This document shows, one piece after another, positions 23,497 through 34,340 of a stretch of DNA of 64,000 nt. The position numbers and the translations under genes were made by a program. This DNA is from Candidatus Bathyarchaeota archaeon. GTDB lineage: Archaea; Thermoproteota; Bathyarchaeia; Bathyarchaeales; Bathyarchaeaceae. Each line of letters begins with the position of its first letter. Within the stretch, counting starts at the first letter, position 1. The notes under the pieces are model-generated. The model did not search any database and was not told the DNA's origin. It saw only the letters and a list, made by a program, of their open reading frames with translations. The stretch spans positions 15,994-79,993 of the forward strand of contig CAVOMX010000001.1 of NCBI GenBank assembly GCA_963697165.1. The letters run 5' to 3'.

Positions 23497-24369
23497 ATGA
23501 AGACTTTTACAGATTTAGGTACCCGCGATATTGTACATAAACACAATAACTGCAATATTACTCAGCACCGAGAGACAGAAGAGATTATGATCGTTAATGT
23601 TGTTACAATAACTCCTGAGACTACACTATATGAGGCTGCCAAAATAATGGGCGAAAAACACATTGGAAGTTTGATAGTAATGAAGTATAACACAGCAGTG
23701 GGCATAATAACTGAAAGAGATATGCTGCGCGAAGTTGTGGATAAAGGAATTGCTTTGGAGAAAGATTGGTTAGTTGGTGGAGTGAGTATAAAAGAAGTAA
23801 AAGTTGAGAAAATCATGTCCTATCCTCTTATATCGATATCCCTAAAATCAAAATTAAAAGAAGCTGCTCAAATCATGATTGAAAAGAAAATTCGGCGACT
23901 GGCAGTCATTGAATCGGGAAAAGTTGTGGGCATTATAACTGCCTCAGATCTTATTCGACGTCTCCTGGAGAAACCCAAAACGATGCAAGTATGGTTTGAA
24001 GTTGACTACTTTATGAGTAAAAGTGTCATAACTGCTGATGAGGAAACATCTGTAGAAGACGTAGCAAACATAATGGGTAAGAACAGTATTGGTAGTGTCA
24101 TAATTACTCGTAATGGAGAGCCTATGGGAATCTTCACTGAAAGGGATCTGCTTACCAAGTTCTTGGCAAAAGATCGGTCGTTGAAGATAGAAGTAGGAAA
24201 AGTGTGCTCATCACCTCTAATTACTGTACCTATGAGGACCAGCGTCCAAGATGTTGCTGAAATAATGATTTCAAAACATATTAAGAGGTTGCCAGTTACC
24301 AAAGATTCCAAATTAGTGGGTGTAATTTCAGCGCGTGACTTGGTTGAGGCGTATGCTCGAATAAAATAA
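23497..24369 (+). CDS. Four-CBS-domain protein, paralogue of 21577-22404
   Basis: GIITERD, GIFTERDLL, ARDLVEAYA shared with the paralogue. Confidence 0.9.
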   Translation: MKTFTDLGTRDIVHKHNNCNITQHRETEEIMIVNVVTITPETTLYEAAKIMGEKHIGSLIVMKYNTAVGIITERDMLREVVDKGIALEKDWLVGGVSIKEVKVEKIMSYPLISISLKSKLKEAAQIMIEKKIRRLAVIESGKVVGIITASDLIRRLLEKPKTMQVWFEVDYFMSKSVITADEETSVEDVANIMGKNSIGSVIITRNGEPMGIFTERDLLTKFLAKDRSLKIEVGKVCSSPLITVPMRTSVQDVAEIMISKHIKRLPVTKDSKLVGVISARDLVEAYARIK

Positions 24370-24445
24370 GCTACCTAACATTTGAATTAGTTAATAAAAC
24401 GATGATTATTCACTTAATATGTTAACCATTATTATATCAAATATG

Positions 24446-25399
24446 TTATTTTCTATATTTGCTTAGAATTTTTAAGAACTCTTCTGCCGTGGTAGATGGT
24501 TTTTGCATATCTAACACGATTTTTTCCTTTTTTCTTTTTTGCACAGCTAATGTTCTTTTATTGGTTGCTTTAATTGATAATTCCTTTTTCAAAGTATTGA
24601 ACGAAGTCAATTTCCTTAAAGCTGTAAGCCAAGCTGCTGCTTCGATATCCTCGTGAAATATCCAATCCCTGCTCACGCATATGGCTTCTTTTGGGCATAC
24701 TTTTTGGCATGCTGAACAAAAGATACAGAAATCAGGATAAAGAACAGCTTTTTCGTTTTCCAATCGAATAGCACTGGTAGGGCATATATCCATACATACT
24801 ACACAATCTTTGGGACACAGAGTTTTATTCAATTCAACCTTGCCTTGAAACGGTTTTTTTACATGTAATGCGCCAAAAGGGCACATCAATTCACACCGTT
24901 TGCAGTAAATACATTTATTTTTATCAATCTCCACTTCAAGAATTTCAGGTGTTTCCCCATTTTCTGAGATTTTGGTTGTGACTTTAATGGCTTCTGTTGG
25001 GCACTCTTTTTGACAGACTAGCTCACATGTTGAATCGCACTTCTCTTTGAATAAACGTATTTCTTTAATTAACCTTGGAAAGGCTTCATTTTTTACAATT
25101 GTAGAAATCGAATCTCCGTCAATTTCCATGCTTAAGGCATTCAGAGGACATATAACTGCACATTCTCCACATAGATTACAAGACTTTTTATCAAAATCGA
25201 TTGACGGCTTTTTTACTAAATGCCCTTCAACAATCACTTCAGGAATTTCCTGAATAGCTTGCTTTGGACAAATTAAGGAACACAGACCACAACCATTACA
25301 CAAGTCCTTGTTCAATGAAAGGCGATAATTTCGGGTAAGAAACTTTCTCTCAAGAGTAATATTGTCCCTATTTTGAAAACTGCGTATTTTTCCCCTCAA
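24446..25399 (-). CDS. Polyferredoxin, FwdF-like
   Basis: Multiple CxxCxxCxxxCP motifs. Confidence 0.85.
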   Translation of the reverse strand: MRGKIRSFQNRDNITLERKFLTRNYRLSLNKDLCNGCGLCSLICPKQAIQEIPEVIVEGHLVKKPSIDFDKKSCNLCGECAVICPLNALSMEIDGDSISTIVKNEAFPRLIKEIRLFKEKCDSTCELVCQKECPTEAIKVTTKISENGETPEILEVEIDKNKCIYCKRCELMCPFGALHVKKPFQGKVELNKTLCPKDCVVCMDICPTSAIRLENEKAVLYPDFCIFCSACQKVCPKEAICVSRDWIFHEDIEAAAWLTALRKLTSFNTLKKELSIKATNKRTLAVQKRKKEKIVLDMQKPSTTAEEFLKILSKYRK

Positions 25400-25414
25400 T
25401 TTAATTCACCAAAA

Positions 25415-27892
25415 TTAATTCAAAACACTCTTTGATGTCAATTCCGTATTTTTAATAGTGGTTACTTCTCGGCAATTTTTTTGAGTCAACTTTTCAATAG
25501 TTTTTTCAATTTCATCTTTTGTAACCGAATCCACAATTTTTTGAATTTCATTAATTGTTGAAGCAAACTTCTGTCCTTCAGCTGCACTTATCCAGGCTAG
25601 ATGAAGCCGATTTTTGTCCAAACCTAATCTTTCCATTTTTTTCCACAATTTTTCGACCCGCCTCTTAGTCTGGTAATTTGCATTTATGTAATGGCAATCA
25701 TTCAAATGACAACCAGCTACCAATACAGTTGCAGCTCCTCTAGCAAAAGCTCTTTCAACAAACTTTGTAGATATCCTTCCTGAACACATAGTTCGGATTA
25801 TTCGAACACTAGGAGGATATTGCATTCTGCTAACCCCCGCGAAGTCAGCTCCTGCATAGGAACACCAGTTGCAACAAAATGCTATTATCTTCTTTTCGGC
25901 ATTTTCCTCAGTTGCAGCATCTATTTGCACGTTTAATTGATGATCCGTAAAGTGTCTCATTTCAATGGCACCAAATGGGCACTCAGCACCACAGGTTCCA
26001 CATCCAGAACAAGCAGCTTCGGCAACGGTAGATTCTTTGTTAACCTTGTCGACTGAAATTGCATTATATGGGCACACCCTTTCACACAAACCACATCCGG
26101 TACATTTTTCCGGAGACATAATGGGAGTGATAGCTTCAACAGTAACACTACCTTTAGCCATTAGAATACTTGCCCGAGCTGCAGCAGCACTCGCTTGAGT
26201 TACGCTATCTTTGATGTCTTTAGGAGCTTCTGCACAACCAGCCAAAAAGACCCCCCCTGTTGGGGTGTCTACAGGCCTAAGTTTTGGATGAGCTTCCATG
26301 AAGAATCCATCAGAAGTCTTGGATAATCTTAAAAGTCGTTGAACTTCACTGCTATCATCTCTAGGTCTAAGACCAACAGAAAGAACGACCATCTCAGCGT
26401 CGATTTTATATTTTCTATTTTCAAGAGTGTTTTCTCCTTTAAGCAGTAAGTTATTTGTTTTTTTATCCTCAATAATCTCGGCTGGCAGTCCACGAATAAA
26501 GATAGCCCCTACTTCTTTTGCTCTTCGATAAAGGTCCTCAAACCCTTTTCCAAATGAACGTATATCGATGTAAAAAACATAGATTCTGACCTCTGGCCAA
26601 TGCTCCTTAATGAGTAAGGCATCTTTTATAGTGTTCATACAACACACATTGCTGCAGTAAGGGTTACCATCTTTTTCAGATCGAGAACCGATGCATTGAA
26701 TAAATGCAACGGATTTTGGAATGTTCAAATCACTAGGTCTTACCAAACGACCGCCTGTAGGTCCTCCGGCATTAATTAAACGCTCAAACTCCATCGAAGT
26801 TACTATGTTTGGAAACCGCAAGTAACCATATTTCGTTATAGACACCGGATCAAAAACATCCAAACCAGTTGCTACAATAATTGTTCCTACATCCAGTTCA
26901 ATTTCTTCACCTTTATCCGTGAAATCTATTGCTGCAGGGCCACATACTTCTTTACATTTTGCACAAGTATTATCTTCAAGACCTATGCATGATTTCTCGT
27001 CAATAAGATATTTAGCTGGAACGCTTTGAGCAAAAGGAATGTAAATAGATTTTCGCCAAGTTAAACCTGTTTCAAATTCATTTGGGACTTCGATTGGACA
27101 TACATTAGCGCAATCACCACAAGCAGTACAGTCTTTTGTAACATATCTTGGTTTTTTCTTAACTTTGACTTTGAAGTTTCCAATGTAACCAGCAACTTCT
27201 GTAACCTCACTATTTGCCAACAATTCAATTTTAGGGTGTTTGCCTACATCAGACATCTTTGGTGCAAGAATACAAATGGAACAATCCATAGTGGGGAATG
27301 TTTTATCAATCTGAGCCATTTTCCCTCCGATACTAGGGCTCTTCTCTACAAGGTAAACTTGATATCCGGTGTCAGCCAGATCAAGAGCTGCCTGAATACC
27401 AGCAACACCTCCACCAATAACCAACGCTTTTTTTGTAACTGGAACAACAGCTTCTTCTTGAGGTTCCAAAAAAGTAACCCTTGCCACTGCCATCCGAACT
27501 AAATCCTTAGCTTTTTCTGTTGCTTTTTCAGGCTCGTAAAGATGCACCCAACTACAATGTTCCCTTATGTTTGCCATTTCAAACAAGTACTTGTTTAGTC
27601 CAGCTTCTTCGCAGGTCCTTCTAAAAGTCGGTTCATGAAGTCGAGGAGTACAAGACGCAACAACAACTCTATTCAGATTTTGTTCGATAATATCTTTCTT
27701 AATTGTTTCTTGTCCAGGGTCAGAACATGTGTACAAATTATGTTTCGCCAATTTGACCTGAGGAAGAGTAGCAGCATATTTTGCTACTGCCTCACAATCT
27801 ACAGACCCTGCAATATTTTTTCCACAATGGCAAACATATACTCCTATACGAATTTCTTCATCTGGTTTAGATCTGAATTCTAAGTATTCCAT
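25415..27892 (-). CDS. hdrA: Heterodisulfide reductase subunit A fused to MvhD
   Basis: IGVYVCHCG, MANIREHCSWVH, GGGVAG, KTFPTMDC, YCSNVCC; C-terminal FCCNWCSYAGAD...MCSGR...GCHLNDCHY. Confidence 0.95.
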   Translation of the reverse strand: MEYLEFRSKPDEEIRIGVYVCHCGKNIAGSVDCEAVAKYAATLPQVKLAKHNLYTCSDPGQETIKKDIIEQNLNRVVVASCTPRLHEPTFRRTCEEAGLNKYLFEMANIREHCSWVHLYEPEKATEKAKDLVRMAVARVTFLEPQEEAVVPVTKKALVIGGGVAGIQAALDLADTGYQVYLVEKSPSIGGKMAQIDKTFPTMDCSICILAPKMSDVGKHPKIELLANSEVTEVAGYIGNFKVKVKKKPRYVTKDCTACGDCANVCPIEVPNEFETGLTWRKSIYIPFAQSVPAKYLIDEKSCIGLEDNTCAKCKEVCGPAAIDFTDKGEEIELDVGTIIVATGLDVFDPVSITKYGYLRFPNIVTSMEFERLINAGGPTGGRLVRPSDLNIPKSVAFIQCIGSRSEKDGNPYCSNVCCMNTIKDALLIKEHWPEVRIYVFYIDIRSFGKGFEDLYRRAKEVGAIFIRGLPAEIIEDKKTNNLLLKGENTLENRKYKIDAEMVVLSVGLRPRDDSSEVQRLLRLSKTSDGFFMEAHPKLRPVDTPTGGVFLAGCAEAPKDIKDSVTQASAAAARASILMAKGSVTVEAITPIMSPEKCTGCGLCERVCPYNAISVDKVNKESTVAEAACSGCGTCGAECPFGAIEMRHFTDHQLNVQIDAATEENAEKKIIAFCCNWCSYAGADFAGVSRMQYPPSVRIIRTMCSGRISTKFVERAFARGAATVLVAGCHLNDCHYINANYQTKRRVEKLWKKMERLGLDKNRLHLAWISAAEGQKFASTINEIQKIVDSVTKDEIEKTIEKLTQKNCREVTTIKNTELTSKSVLN

Positions 27893-29364
27893 ACTCTCAC
27901 TTCCTCAGAATTTTTGTCTGATTTTTCAGGTTTATTTCTTAAATAACTGTCAATGGATTTTGCAGCTTGTTTTCCAGCTGCGATAGCCTCCATAATTGAT
28001 GCTGACCCAGATATTGCGTCTCCACCAGCGAAAATACCACATGAACTTGTCTTTAATGACAATGGATCCACTGATATTGTACTTTTTTCACTAATTTCAA
28101 CTGTTTTCGGAAGAAAGACCGTATTTGGAGATTGACCTATTGCAATTATTATTGTTTCAGCTTCTATTACAAATTCAGAATCTTTAATTGGAATTGGTCG
28201 CTTCCTACCAGTATCATCGATTTCACCCAAATCCATTCTCACACATTCAATACCAGTTACCTTACCTTTTTCACCTATAATCCGATTTGGAGCTACTAGA
28301 AATTCAATTTTAATGCCAGCTTCTTTTGCCTCTTTGATTTCCCATAGACCTGCAGGCATATCATCCTCAGATCTTCGATATAAAATAATGACATCTTTTG
28401 CTCCAAGTCTCAAAGCGGTTATAGCAGAGTCAATCGCAACATTACCTCCACCAATTACTGCAACTTTATCAGTAACTTTTGCTTTTTTGGAATTCGCTTT
28501 TTCTAGAAAATCAAGAGCATAAACAATTCCATCCAGTTTATCACCCTGAATTTTGAGAATACGCTCATGATGACTACCTGTGGCTATAAATACTGCATCA
28601 AATTCTTTGACAAGCTTTTTGAAATCAAGATTTTTGCCAATTACCATATTTGTTTTAAATTCAATTCCATAATCTTTTATCATATCAATATCAAAATTAA
28701 TTGATTTCCTAGGAAGACGATATTCTGGAATACATCTTCTCAACATTCCACCTGGCGATGCCGAAGCCTCAAAAACTGTAACCGAGTACCCTTTTATAGC
28801 TAGATCTTTGGCTGCTGAAAGACCGGCTGGACCGGATCCGATTATGGCAACTTTATTTTGGTTTGCGGTAGCAAAGTATCGTTTCTTCTTTTTTACAAAT
28901 TCGTCTGTGAGAGAAGCATATTGAATAGCATTTTTTACAATTTGTTTATTTTTAATAACCCTTTCTGGATGAAAACAAACATGACATGTTGAAGCCAAAA
29001 GAGGAATTTTTTCTTCGAGTATGCTCAAAGCTTTGTAGAATCCTTCAAGATAACCGACTTCAACAGCTAACCTTCTTACGGTTTGAAAAATTTCGGGAAG
29101 GTTGAGGTTTTGAGGGCATCGTCTATAACATCGATAACACCATGCACAAAGCCATAATTCTGGTGATTTCAGGATTTTTTTATCGCTTATAGAAAGGTTA
29201 TGAAGTAATACTCTCGGATTATAATATTCTGGAACTAATTCTGCAACTGGACAACTGGCAGTGCAAATACCGCACTCAAAACATAACTTCAGTTTTTCAA
29301 AATCTAAGATATTATCAAGAGCTTTGTCCAGGTTTATTTCTTCACTCTTTTTTAATATGCTCAA
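27880..29364 (-). CDS. HdrC-like 4Fe-4S domain fused to GltD-like NAD(P)/FAD oxidoreductase
   Basis: CFECGICTASCP...LWLCAWCYRCYRRCP; GSGPAG, IPEYRLP, GGGNVAID, YRRS, FAGGD. Confidence 0.88.
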   Translation of the reverse strand: MSILKKSEEINLDKALDNILDFEKLKLCFECGICTASCPVAELVPEYYNPRVLLHNLSISDKKILKSPELWLCAWCYRCYRRCPQNLNLPEIFQTVRRLAVEVGYLEGFYKALSILEEKIPLLASTCHVCFHPERVIKNKQIVKNAIQYASLTDEFVKKKKRYFATANQNKVAIIGSGPAGLSAAKDLAIKGYSVTVFEASASPGGMLRRCIPEYRLPRKSINFDIDMIKDYGIEFKTNMVIGKNLDFKKLVKEFDAVFIATGSHHERILKIQGDKLDGIVYALDFLEKANSKKAKVTDKVAVIGGGNVAIDSAITALRLGAKDVIILYRRSEDDMPAGLWEIKEAKEAGIKIEFLVAPNRIIGEKGKVTGIECVRMDLGEIDDTGRKRPIPIKDSEFVIEAETIIIAIGQSPNTVFLPKTVEISEKSTISVDPLSLKTSSCGIFAGGDAISGSASIMEAIAAGKQAAKSIDSYLRNKPEKSDKNSEEVRVWNT

Positions 29365-30244
29365 TCAACTCCCAATATTTTGCTAAACTTTCCAAAAGTC
29401 CATTATTCCTTGAAACAAAATTGTCATGGTGAGTTAGCATGTATTCTTCAACAAGTCGAATAGCTTCTTCTAACCATTCTAACGTTTTTTCAATCTTTTC
29501 TTTACTTCCAGTTGGAACCATTGTAGAAAGGTGCTTTTTTACAAACATGCCATAGACGAGAATTTCTATTGGATTGGTTTCAGCGAATGCATCAAAGAGA
29601 AGGTTTAATGATTTTTTTATGGCTTTGTTTTGGTTAACTTCCTGAATTAAACCATTAACCTCTTTCTCTGTTTGGTTTTCCGTTTTTTTCTGTTGTTTAT
29701 TATCACTCTGGAGTTTTTTGGTTTTATTGACGGTATTTTCTGATAGCCCAAAAGTTTCTTTGATAAGTATTTTTTCTGTAGCTTTCAGAATGTTCTTATC
29801 TAGTTCTTTCCTTGTTACCAAGCTTAATGCTTCTTCTGGGCACCATTCGATACATTGGGGTTCGCCGTCACAAAGATCACAAATTAATACTGTTTCTCTT
29901 TCTGGATGCAAAGAAATTGCACCGTGAGGACAAACTTCCATACATACTCCACAACAATCGCATTGATTTTCATCTACAATTATTACTCCTGTTTTTTCAG
30001 ATTGAACAAGACATTTTTGAGGACAAGCAATAACACACGGCGCGTTTTTGCATAATCTACAGGTCATAGCCAAGTTAACAATTCTATACATTCGAAGAAT
30101 CTTTATTCTGGAACAACGTGAATTATATTGATTTTCGCGCTTAATTGCACAAATAAGTTCGCAGGTTCCACATCCGGTGCATTTTTCTAGATCAGCAGCG
30201 ATAAATTTTTTCTCTGAAATAGAAGTTTGATTCAATTGTTGCAT
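29342..30244 (-). CDS. 4Fe-4S dicluster protein with C-terminal extension
   Basis: CTGCGTC, CRLCKNAPC, CDCCGVC, CDLCDGEPQC; C-terminal half unassigned. Confidence 0.85.
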   Translation of the reverse strand: MQQLNQTSISEKKFIAADLEKCTGCGTCELICAIKRENQYNSRCSRIKILRMYRIVNLAMTCRLCKNAPCVIACPQKCLVQSEKTGVIIVDENQCDCCGVCMEVCPHGAISLHPERETVLICDLCDGEPQCIEWCPEEALSLVTRKELDKNILKATEKILIKETFGLSENTVNKTKKLQSDNKQQKKTENQTEKEVNGLIQEVNQNKAIKKSLNLLFDAFAETNPIEILVYGMFVKKHLSTMVPTGSKEKIEKTLEWLEEAIRLVEEYMLTHHDNFVSRNNGLLESLAKYWELIEHIKKE

Positions 30245-30269
30245 TTCTTTGTTACCCTCTAAAAAGCAT

Positions 30270-30461
30270 CTAAATTTCCGTAGTGGCTGGCCGAGATCTT
30301 TTTTGGGATTTATTTACAGAAAGATTGACTTTCACAATGTTTTTGTGGATTTCTTTCTCGTTTGCTAATTTTAATCTCAAATATGGACAAAAGTTAAGGT
30401 GATCGGGAAAAACGTGATGACTAGAACCAAAGGGTTTTTTCAAAAGATTCATGCTTTTCAC
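30270..30461 (-). CDS. Possible small leader ORF of the Hdr operon
   Basis: 63-aa ORF whose start is 77 bp from the first GTNAC box, close to the 79 bp seen for the peptide genes. Confidence 0.3.
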   Translation of the reverse strand: MKSMNLLKKPFGSSHHVFPDHLNFCPYLRLKLANEKEIHKNIVKVNLSVNKSQKRSRPATTEI

Positions 30462-30537
30462 TTCAATCTAACGTTTAGTATACGTTATGCATCAAGGTAA
30501 ACCTTGATATCAAATTTTTAGAATAATTGGTTCTCTA

Positions 30538-30615
30538 GTTACATTTAATGTTACTTTAATCAATGGAATTCAATCATTATTTTTTAAAAAAAATATTGGT
30601 CACTTTAATTGTAAC
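30538..30615. promoter_or_regulatory. Paired GTNAC-N7-GTNAC candidate operators
   Basis: GTTAC-atttaat-GTTAC (30538) and GTCAC-tttaatt-GTAAC (30599), 61 bp apart. Confidence 0.55.
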
Positions 30616-30989
30616 TTGAATCTAAATCTAAGGGATAAAATACGCAAAATATTTCTTTTTAATTTTTAAAATTCTTAGTGGTGTTCCCTGCTGGTTTGGT
30701 AATTTACGGTGCGCGGCTTTATTTTGATCCACCCAAAATCATCTAGGTAAAAACCAACCATTTAGGCGGGGAAACGACTTTCCCAAATAAACCTATTCGC
30801 AGGTGAAATGGAGCTATATGCACAAGAGTATGTTAACGGTTGGGAAATCTTGGTTAGTGGTGTAACCCAAACACAAAGCTAATTCACACTAAAGTGTTCG
30901 AACCACCTCTCTTATTTGTGTGCTCCTTGTAAGCATACAAAGAATTTTATGTCCGTAACCGATTATTCTTATTTTGGGGGGTTGATGAT

Positions 30990-31475
30990 TTGAAAAATAT
31001 TAAAATTAGGGTTTTAAGTGAGAGCGATCTTGATGCAGTAGTCGAAATCGACAAGAAGGTATTTGGAAAAGAAAGGCGAGAATTCTGGAAAAGAAAAATC
31101 GCATATTCCGATATTTATCCGCGTCCTGCTCTGGTAGCCGAGGTTGAAGGGAAAGTTGTTGGATTTATATTAGGATTTGTAAGTGGTTGGGAATTCGGAG
31201 TTCCCGATTCCGTTGGATGGATAGACACAGTGGGAGTCGATCCGGTTTACCAACGAAAAGGGATTGGCAGATTATTATTTAACGAGTTAATTGAAGTTTT
31301 CAAAAGAAGTGGACTTGAGAAAATGCCTGACCAAAAAGAAAGCAAATCAAAGATAGAAGGTGTAAATGTTGTTTACACTTTGGTGAGCTGGGATCGCTGG
31401 GATTTGGTACCATTCTATCATGCTATGGGATTCAAAAAAGGCAATATGCTGAATCTAGAATTAAAAATAAGATAA
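30990..31475 (+). CDS. GNAT-family acetyltransferase
   Basis: VGVDPVYQRKGIGR, FYHAMGF. Confidence 0.9.
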   Translation: MKNIKIRVLSESDLDAVVEIDKKVFGKERREFWKRKIAYSDIYPRPALVAEVEGKVVGFILGFVSGWEFGVPDSVGWIDTVGVDPVYQRKGIGRLLFNELIEVFKRSGLEKMPDQKESKSKIEGVNVVYTLVSWDRWDLVPFYHAMGFKKGNMLNLELKIR

Positions 31476-31597
31476 GAGAATTATTGACCAAGTAGGGTTT
31501 TACTAACATACACCCTTTTAGCCAAAATCCGTGAGCTCTGGACACAAAGCATAATATTAAATAAGTACTAAATAGAACCGATTTATGGGGTTACATT

Positions 31598-32155
31598 TTG
31601 ACCATTATTGCATTGTTTGTTGGTGGTCTAGTTGCTACAATAGTCGTTATTGTTATTCTGCTATTCTTCTATTATCATAATCGAATAAGAATACTGTATA
31701 ATCGGATTGAAGAGGCATGGGCTCAAATTGATGTCCAACTTAAAAAACGCTACGATATGGTTCCAAATCTAGTTGAAACTGTAAAAGGCTATGCCAAGCA
31801 CGAAAAGGAAATCTTTGAAAAAGTTGCTGAGGCTCGCCAAGGAATGATAAACGGTAGCAGAGACGAACGAATGGAATCTTCCAATCAACTCACCAACACA
31901 CTAAAATCATTATTTGCAATAGCAGAGAACTATCCAATTCTAAAAGCAAATGAAAACTTTAAACTTTTACAAGAACAACTAGAAGGCATCGAGAACAAAA
32001 TCGCTTACGCTCGTCAATACTACAATAGTTCCGTTCTAAGCTACAACAATATCATAACCACAATTCCAGGCAGCTGGTTCGCAGGAAACAGAACAAAACA
32101 CGAATTTCTAACAATTCCTGAAGAAGAACGAAGCCCTGTAAAAGTGAAATTCTAA
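31598..32155 (+). CDS. lemA: LemA family protein
   Basis: AWAQIDVQLKKRYDMVPNLVETVKGYAKHE, AENYP. Confidence 0.95.
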   Translation: MTIIALFVGGLVATIVVIVILLFFYYHNRIRILYNRIEEAWAQIDVQLKKRYDMVPNLVETVKGYAKHEKEIFEKVAEARQGMINGSRDERMESSNQLTNTLKSLFAIAENYPILKANENFKLLQEQLEGIENKIAYARQYYNSSVLSYNNIITTIPGSWFAGNRTKHEFLTIPEEERSPVKVKF

Positions 32156-33051
32156 TGGCTAAAACCAGTTATAGAGACGAAATAGCCAAGAACAAACTAT
32201 CATCTATAATACTCGTAATAATCGTCTCCCTGATCCTCTTTTTTTTAATATATTTCATAATAATTTTTTTAATACCTGAACTTCTTCTTATTGCCCTCCC
32301 ACTTTCAGCGTTTTTCATTCTATTATACACCTACAGCTCCTACAGGTTCGGTGATAGCGTAGTTCTCTCAACCACAAATGCTAAACCCGCTCAAGCAAGA
32401 GACTACCAATATCTTCTAGACACCGTTGAAGGCCTAAGCATCGCTTCAGCTATTCCACCACCAAAAGCATATGTAATTGAAAGTGAGGACTTGAACGCCT
32501 TTGCCACAGGACGAAATCCAGAAAATGCAAGCATAGCAGTTACTACGGGACTTGTCAGGTCCTTGAATAGACAAGAACTTGAAGGTGTAATCAGTCACGA
32601 AATAGCACACATAAAAAACCGAGACATCCTATTCATGACCCTTGTTGCAGTTTTAGTGGGTCTTGCCGCCATTGTAAGCCATTTAATTTTACGCTCACTC
32701 TGGTTTGGAGCCCAAAGAGATCGAAGAGACAGAGGTGGCATCATGATCGTCTTGCTCATAGTTGGAATAATTTTGGCTATTTTTGCTCCAATAGCTACTC
32801 GACTCGTACAATATGCCGTATCTAGAAAGCGCGAATATTTAGCAGATGCATCAGGGGCGGGTTTAACCCGGTACCCTGAAGGATTAGCTTCTGCCCTTGA
32901 AAAAATAGCTAGCAAAAACCAGGGACGAATAAACGTAAGCGAAGCTGTAAGCCACCTATTTTTCGTAGACCCTAAAAAAAGTTCATTAGATAGCCTATTC
33001 GCCACCCACCCTCCAATAAACGAAAGAATAAAACGATTAAGAAAAATGTGA
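32155..33051 (+). CDS. htpX: Zinc metalloprotease HtpX (M48)
   Basis: NAFATG, HEIAH, SRKREYLAD, ATHPP. Confidence 0.95.
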   Translation: MAKTSYRDEIAKNKLSSIILVIIVSLILFFLIYFIIIFLIPELLLIALPLSAFFILLYTYSSYRFGDSVVLSTTNAKPAQARDYQYLLDTVEGLSIASAIPPPKAYVIESEDLNAFATGRNPENASIAVTTGLVRSLNRQELEGVISHEIAHIKNRDILFMTLVAVLVGLAAIVSHLILRSLWFGAQRDRRDRGGIMIVLLIVGIILAIFAPIATRLVQYAVSRKREYLADASGAGLTRYPEGLASALEKIASKNQGRINVSEAVSHLFFVDPKKSSLDSLFATHPPINERIKRLRKM

Positions 33052-33065
33052 TTGGCCTTTCCTTG

Positions 33066-33491
33066 CTATTTAACATCGACGTTGACTTCGATTCCTTTTC
33101 TGATGCTTTGAGTTACAGTGCAGTAGTCTTCAAAAATCGTTAAACAACGGTGAATTTGGGGTTTGTCTTCTTCTTTCACTTTTAGATTTATTTGTACATC
33201 GATGCTTCTAATTCTTAATTTTCCGTTTTCATTACGAAATAGGTTTGTTTTAATTGTTGTTTCAAGGTTTTTGATGGTAATTCTTGCTTTTTTTAGACAA
33301 TAAATTAGGCTTGAACTCATACAATGTCCAACGGCAGCGGATAGTAGTCTGGTTGGGTTTGGTCCGGAACCTTCACCTTCAGGTTTTGTTTCATCTACTA
33401 AGAAAGTAGGAATGTATTCATCATCTGATGTTACATTGAATTTGTAGCCATCTATGAGATGCAATTTTGTAACAATACTCTTCTCTGACAT
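33066..33491 (-). CDS. OsmC family protein
   Basis: GPNPTRLLSAAVGHC, FEDYCTVTQS. Confidence 0.88.
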   Translation of the reverse strand: MSEKSIVTKLHLIDGYKFNVTSDDEYIPTFLVDETKPEGEGSGPNPTRLLSAAVGHCMSSSLIYCLKKARITIKNLETTIKTNLFRNENGKLRIRSIDVQINLKVKEEDKPQIHRCLTIFEDYCTVTQSIRKGIEVNVDVK

Positions 33492-33589
33492 TTGGGCACC
33501 GCTATAAAACTATAAAATACAGTTATTTTTGCATTATCTCGATGCGAGAACATTAAACCTACTAAGAGTCTATCAGCTTAACCCAATGA

Positions 33590-33642
33590 GTAGGAATCTA
33601 GATATGAAATATCTAAAAAATTTTGAATGTTTATGAAGAGTA
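33590..33642 (+). repeat. GACTCTTC-family hairpin element (long type, left arm decayed)
   Basis: gaatctagatatg...ttttgaatgtttATGAAGAGTA; extra arm ACTAAGAGTC at 33561. Confidence 0.55.
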
Positions 33643-33750
33643 TATTTTGGATTGACTCTAAGTGGAACTTGTATTGGGTTGTAATTGTTATATTTGGGCG
33701 AGATGTCCTAAAATTTTCCAAGAACAAAGGGAAAAATTTCAGGTTCTATT

Positions 33751-34340
33751 CTAAGTTTGCAGTTTTTTTGGTCGTTTCGATGTTTGCCTATAAAGATGCC
33801 ATAATAGAAAATATGTTATTGAGAGGGCAATAGGTGCAATTATTATCCAAAGGGAAGAAAATAATGAAGCAAAATTAATTGCAAAATGAAGCCCCACTGC
33901 GATAAGATAGAAAATCAATGATCTTTTTGTTCCGATGCCATAAGCTGTTATCGATGTTTGATGCATAAAAAAAATTTGGGTAACCTTATGGATATCGATT
34001 GCTTTAATACAAATACGTATAGGATGAATTCGGTTAAGCCAAATCCTATTCCTACAATAAAACCTAATGAAAATTTTGATTTTGTCGTTTCGCCGTGACG
34101 ATAGAATAGAGGGAAGGCTTTTGCGAACTACTCGACAAAAGGTGTGAAGATGAAAATAGAACAGATTTCAGCGCATAGTATTGGCAGAGCTAGACAAAGA
34201 GAATCTGTAAATGTCCCCACAAATAGGGTAGAAGGGTAACGCTTGTTATTATTCCAGAGAGGAAGAAAAATAGTTTTTCCTGTATGCTAGGAATATGGAC
34301 AAAAAAACAGAACTTTTATTTTTTTCTGAGGTTCGCATTG
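33751..34340 (-). pseudogene. PrsW-family intramembrane protease, disrupted
   Basis: EKLFFFLSGIITS, FVE*FAKAFPLFYRHGE (EE motif hit by a stop), GIGFGLTEF, LHFAINF. Confidence 0.7.

Noticed and set aside
30680..30930. Possible structured RNA or tRNA between the Hdr operon and the GNAT
   Set aside because: No cloverleaf or recognisable riboswitch could be formed by eye
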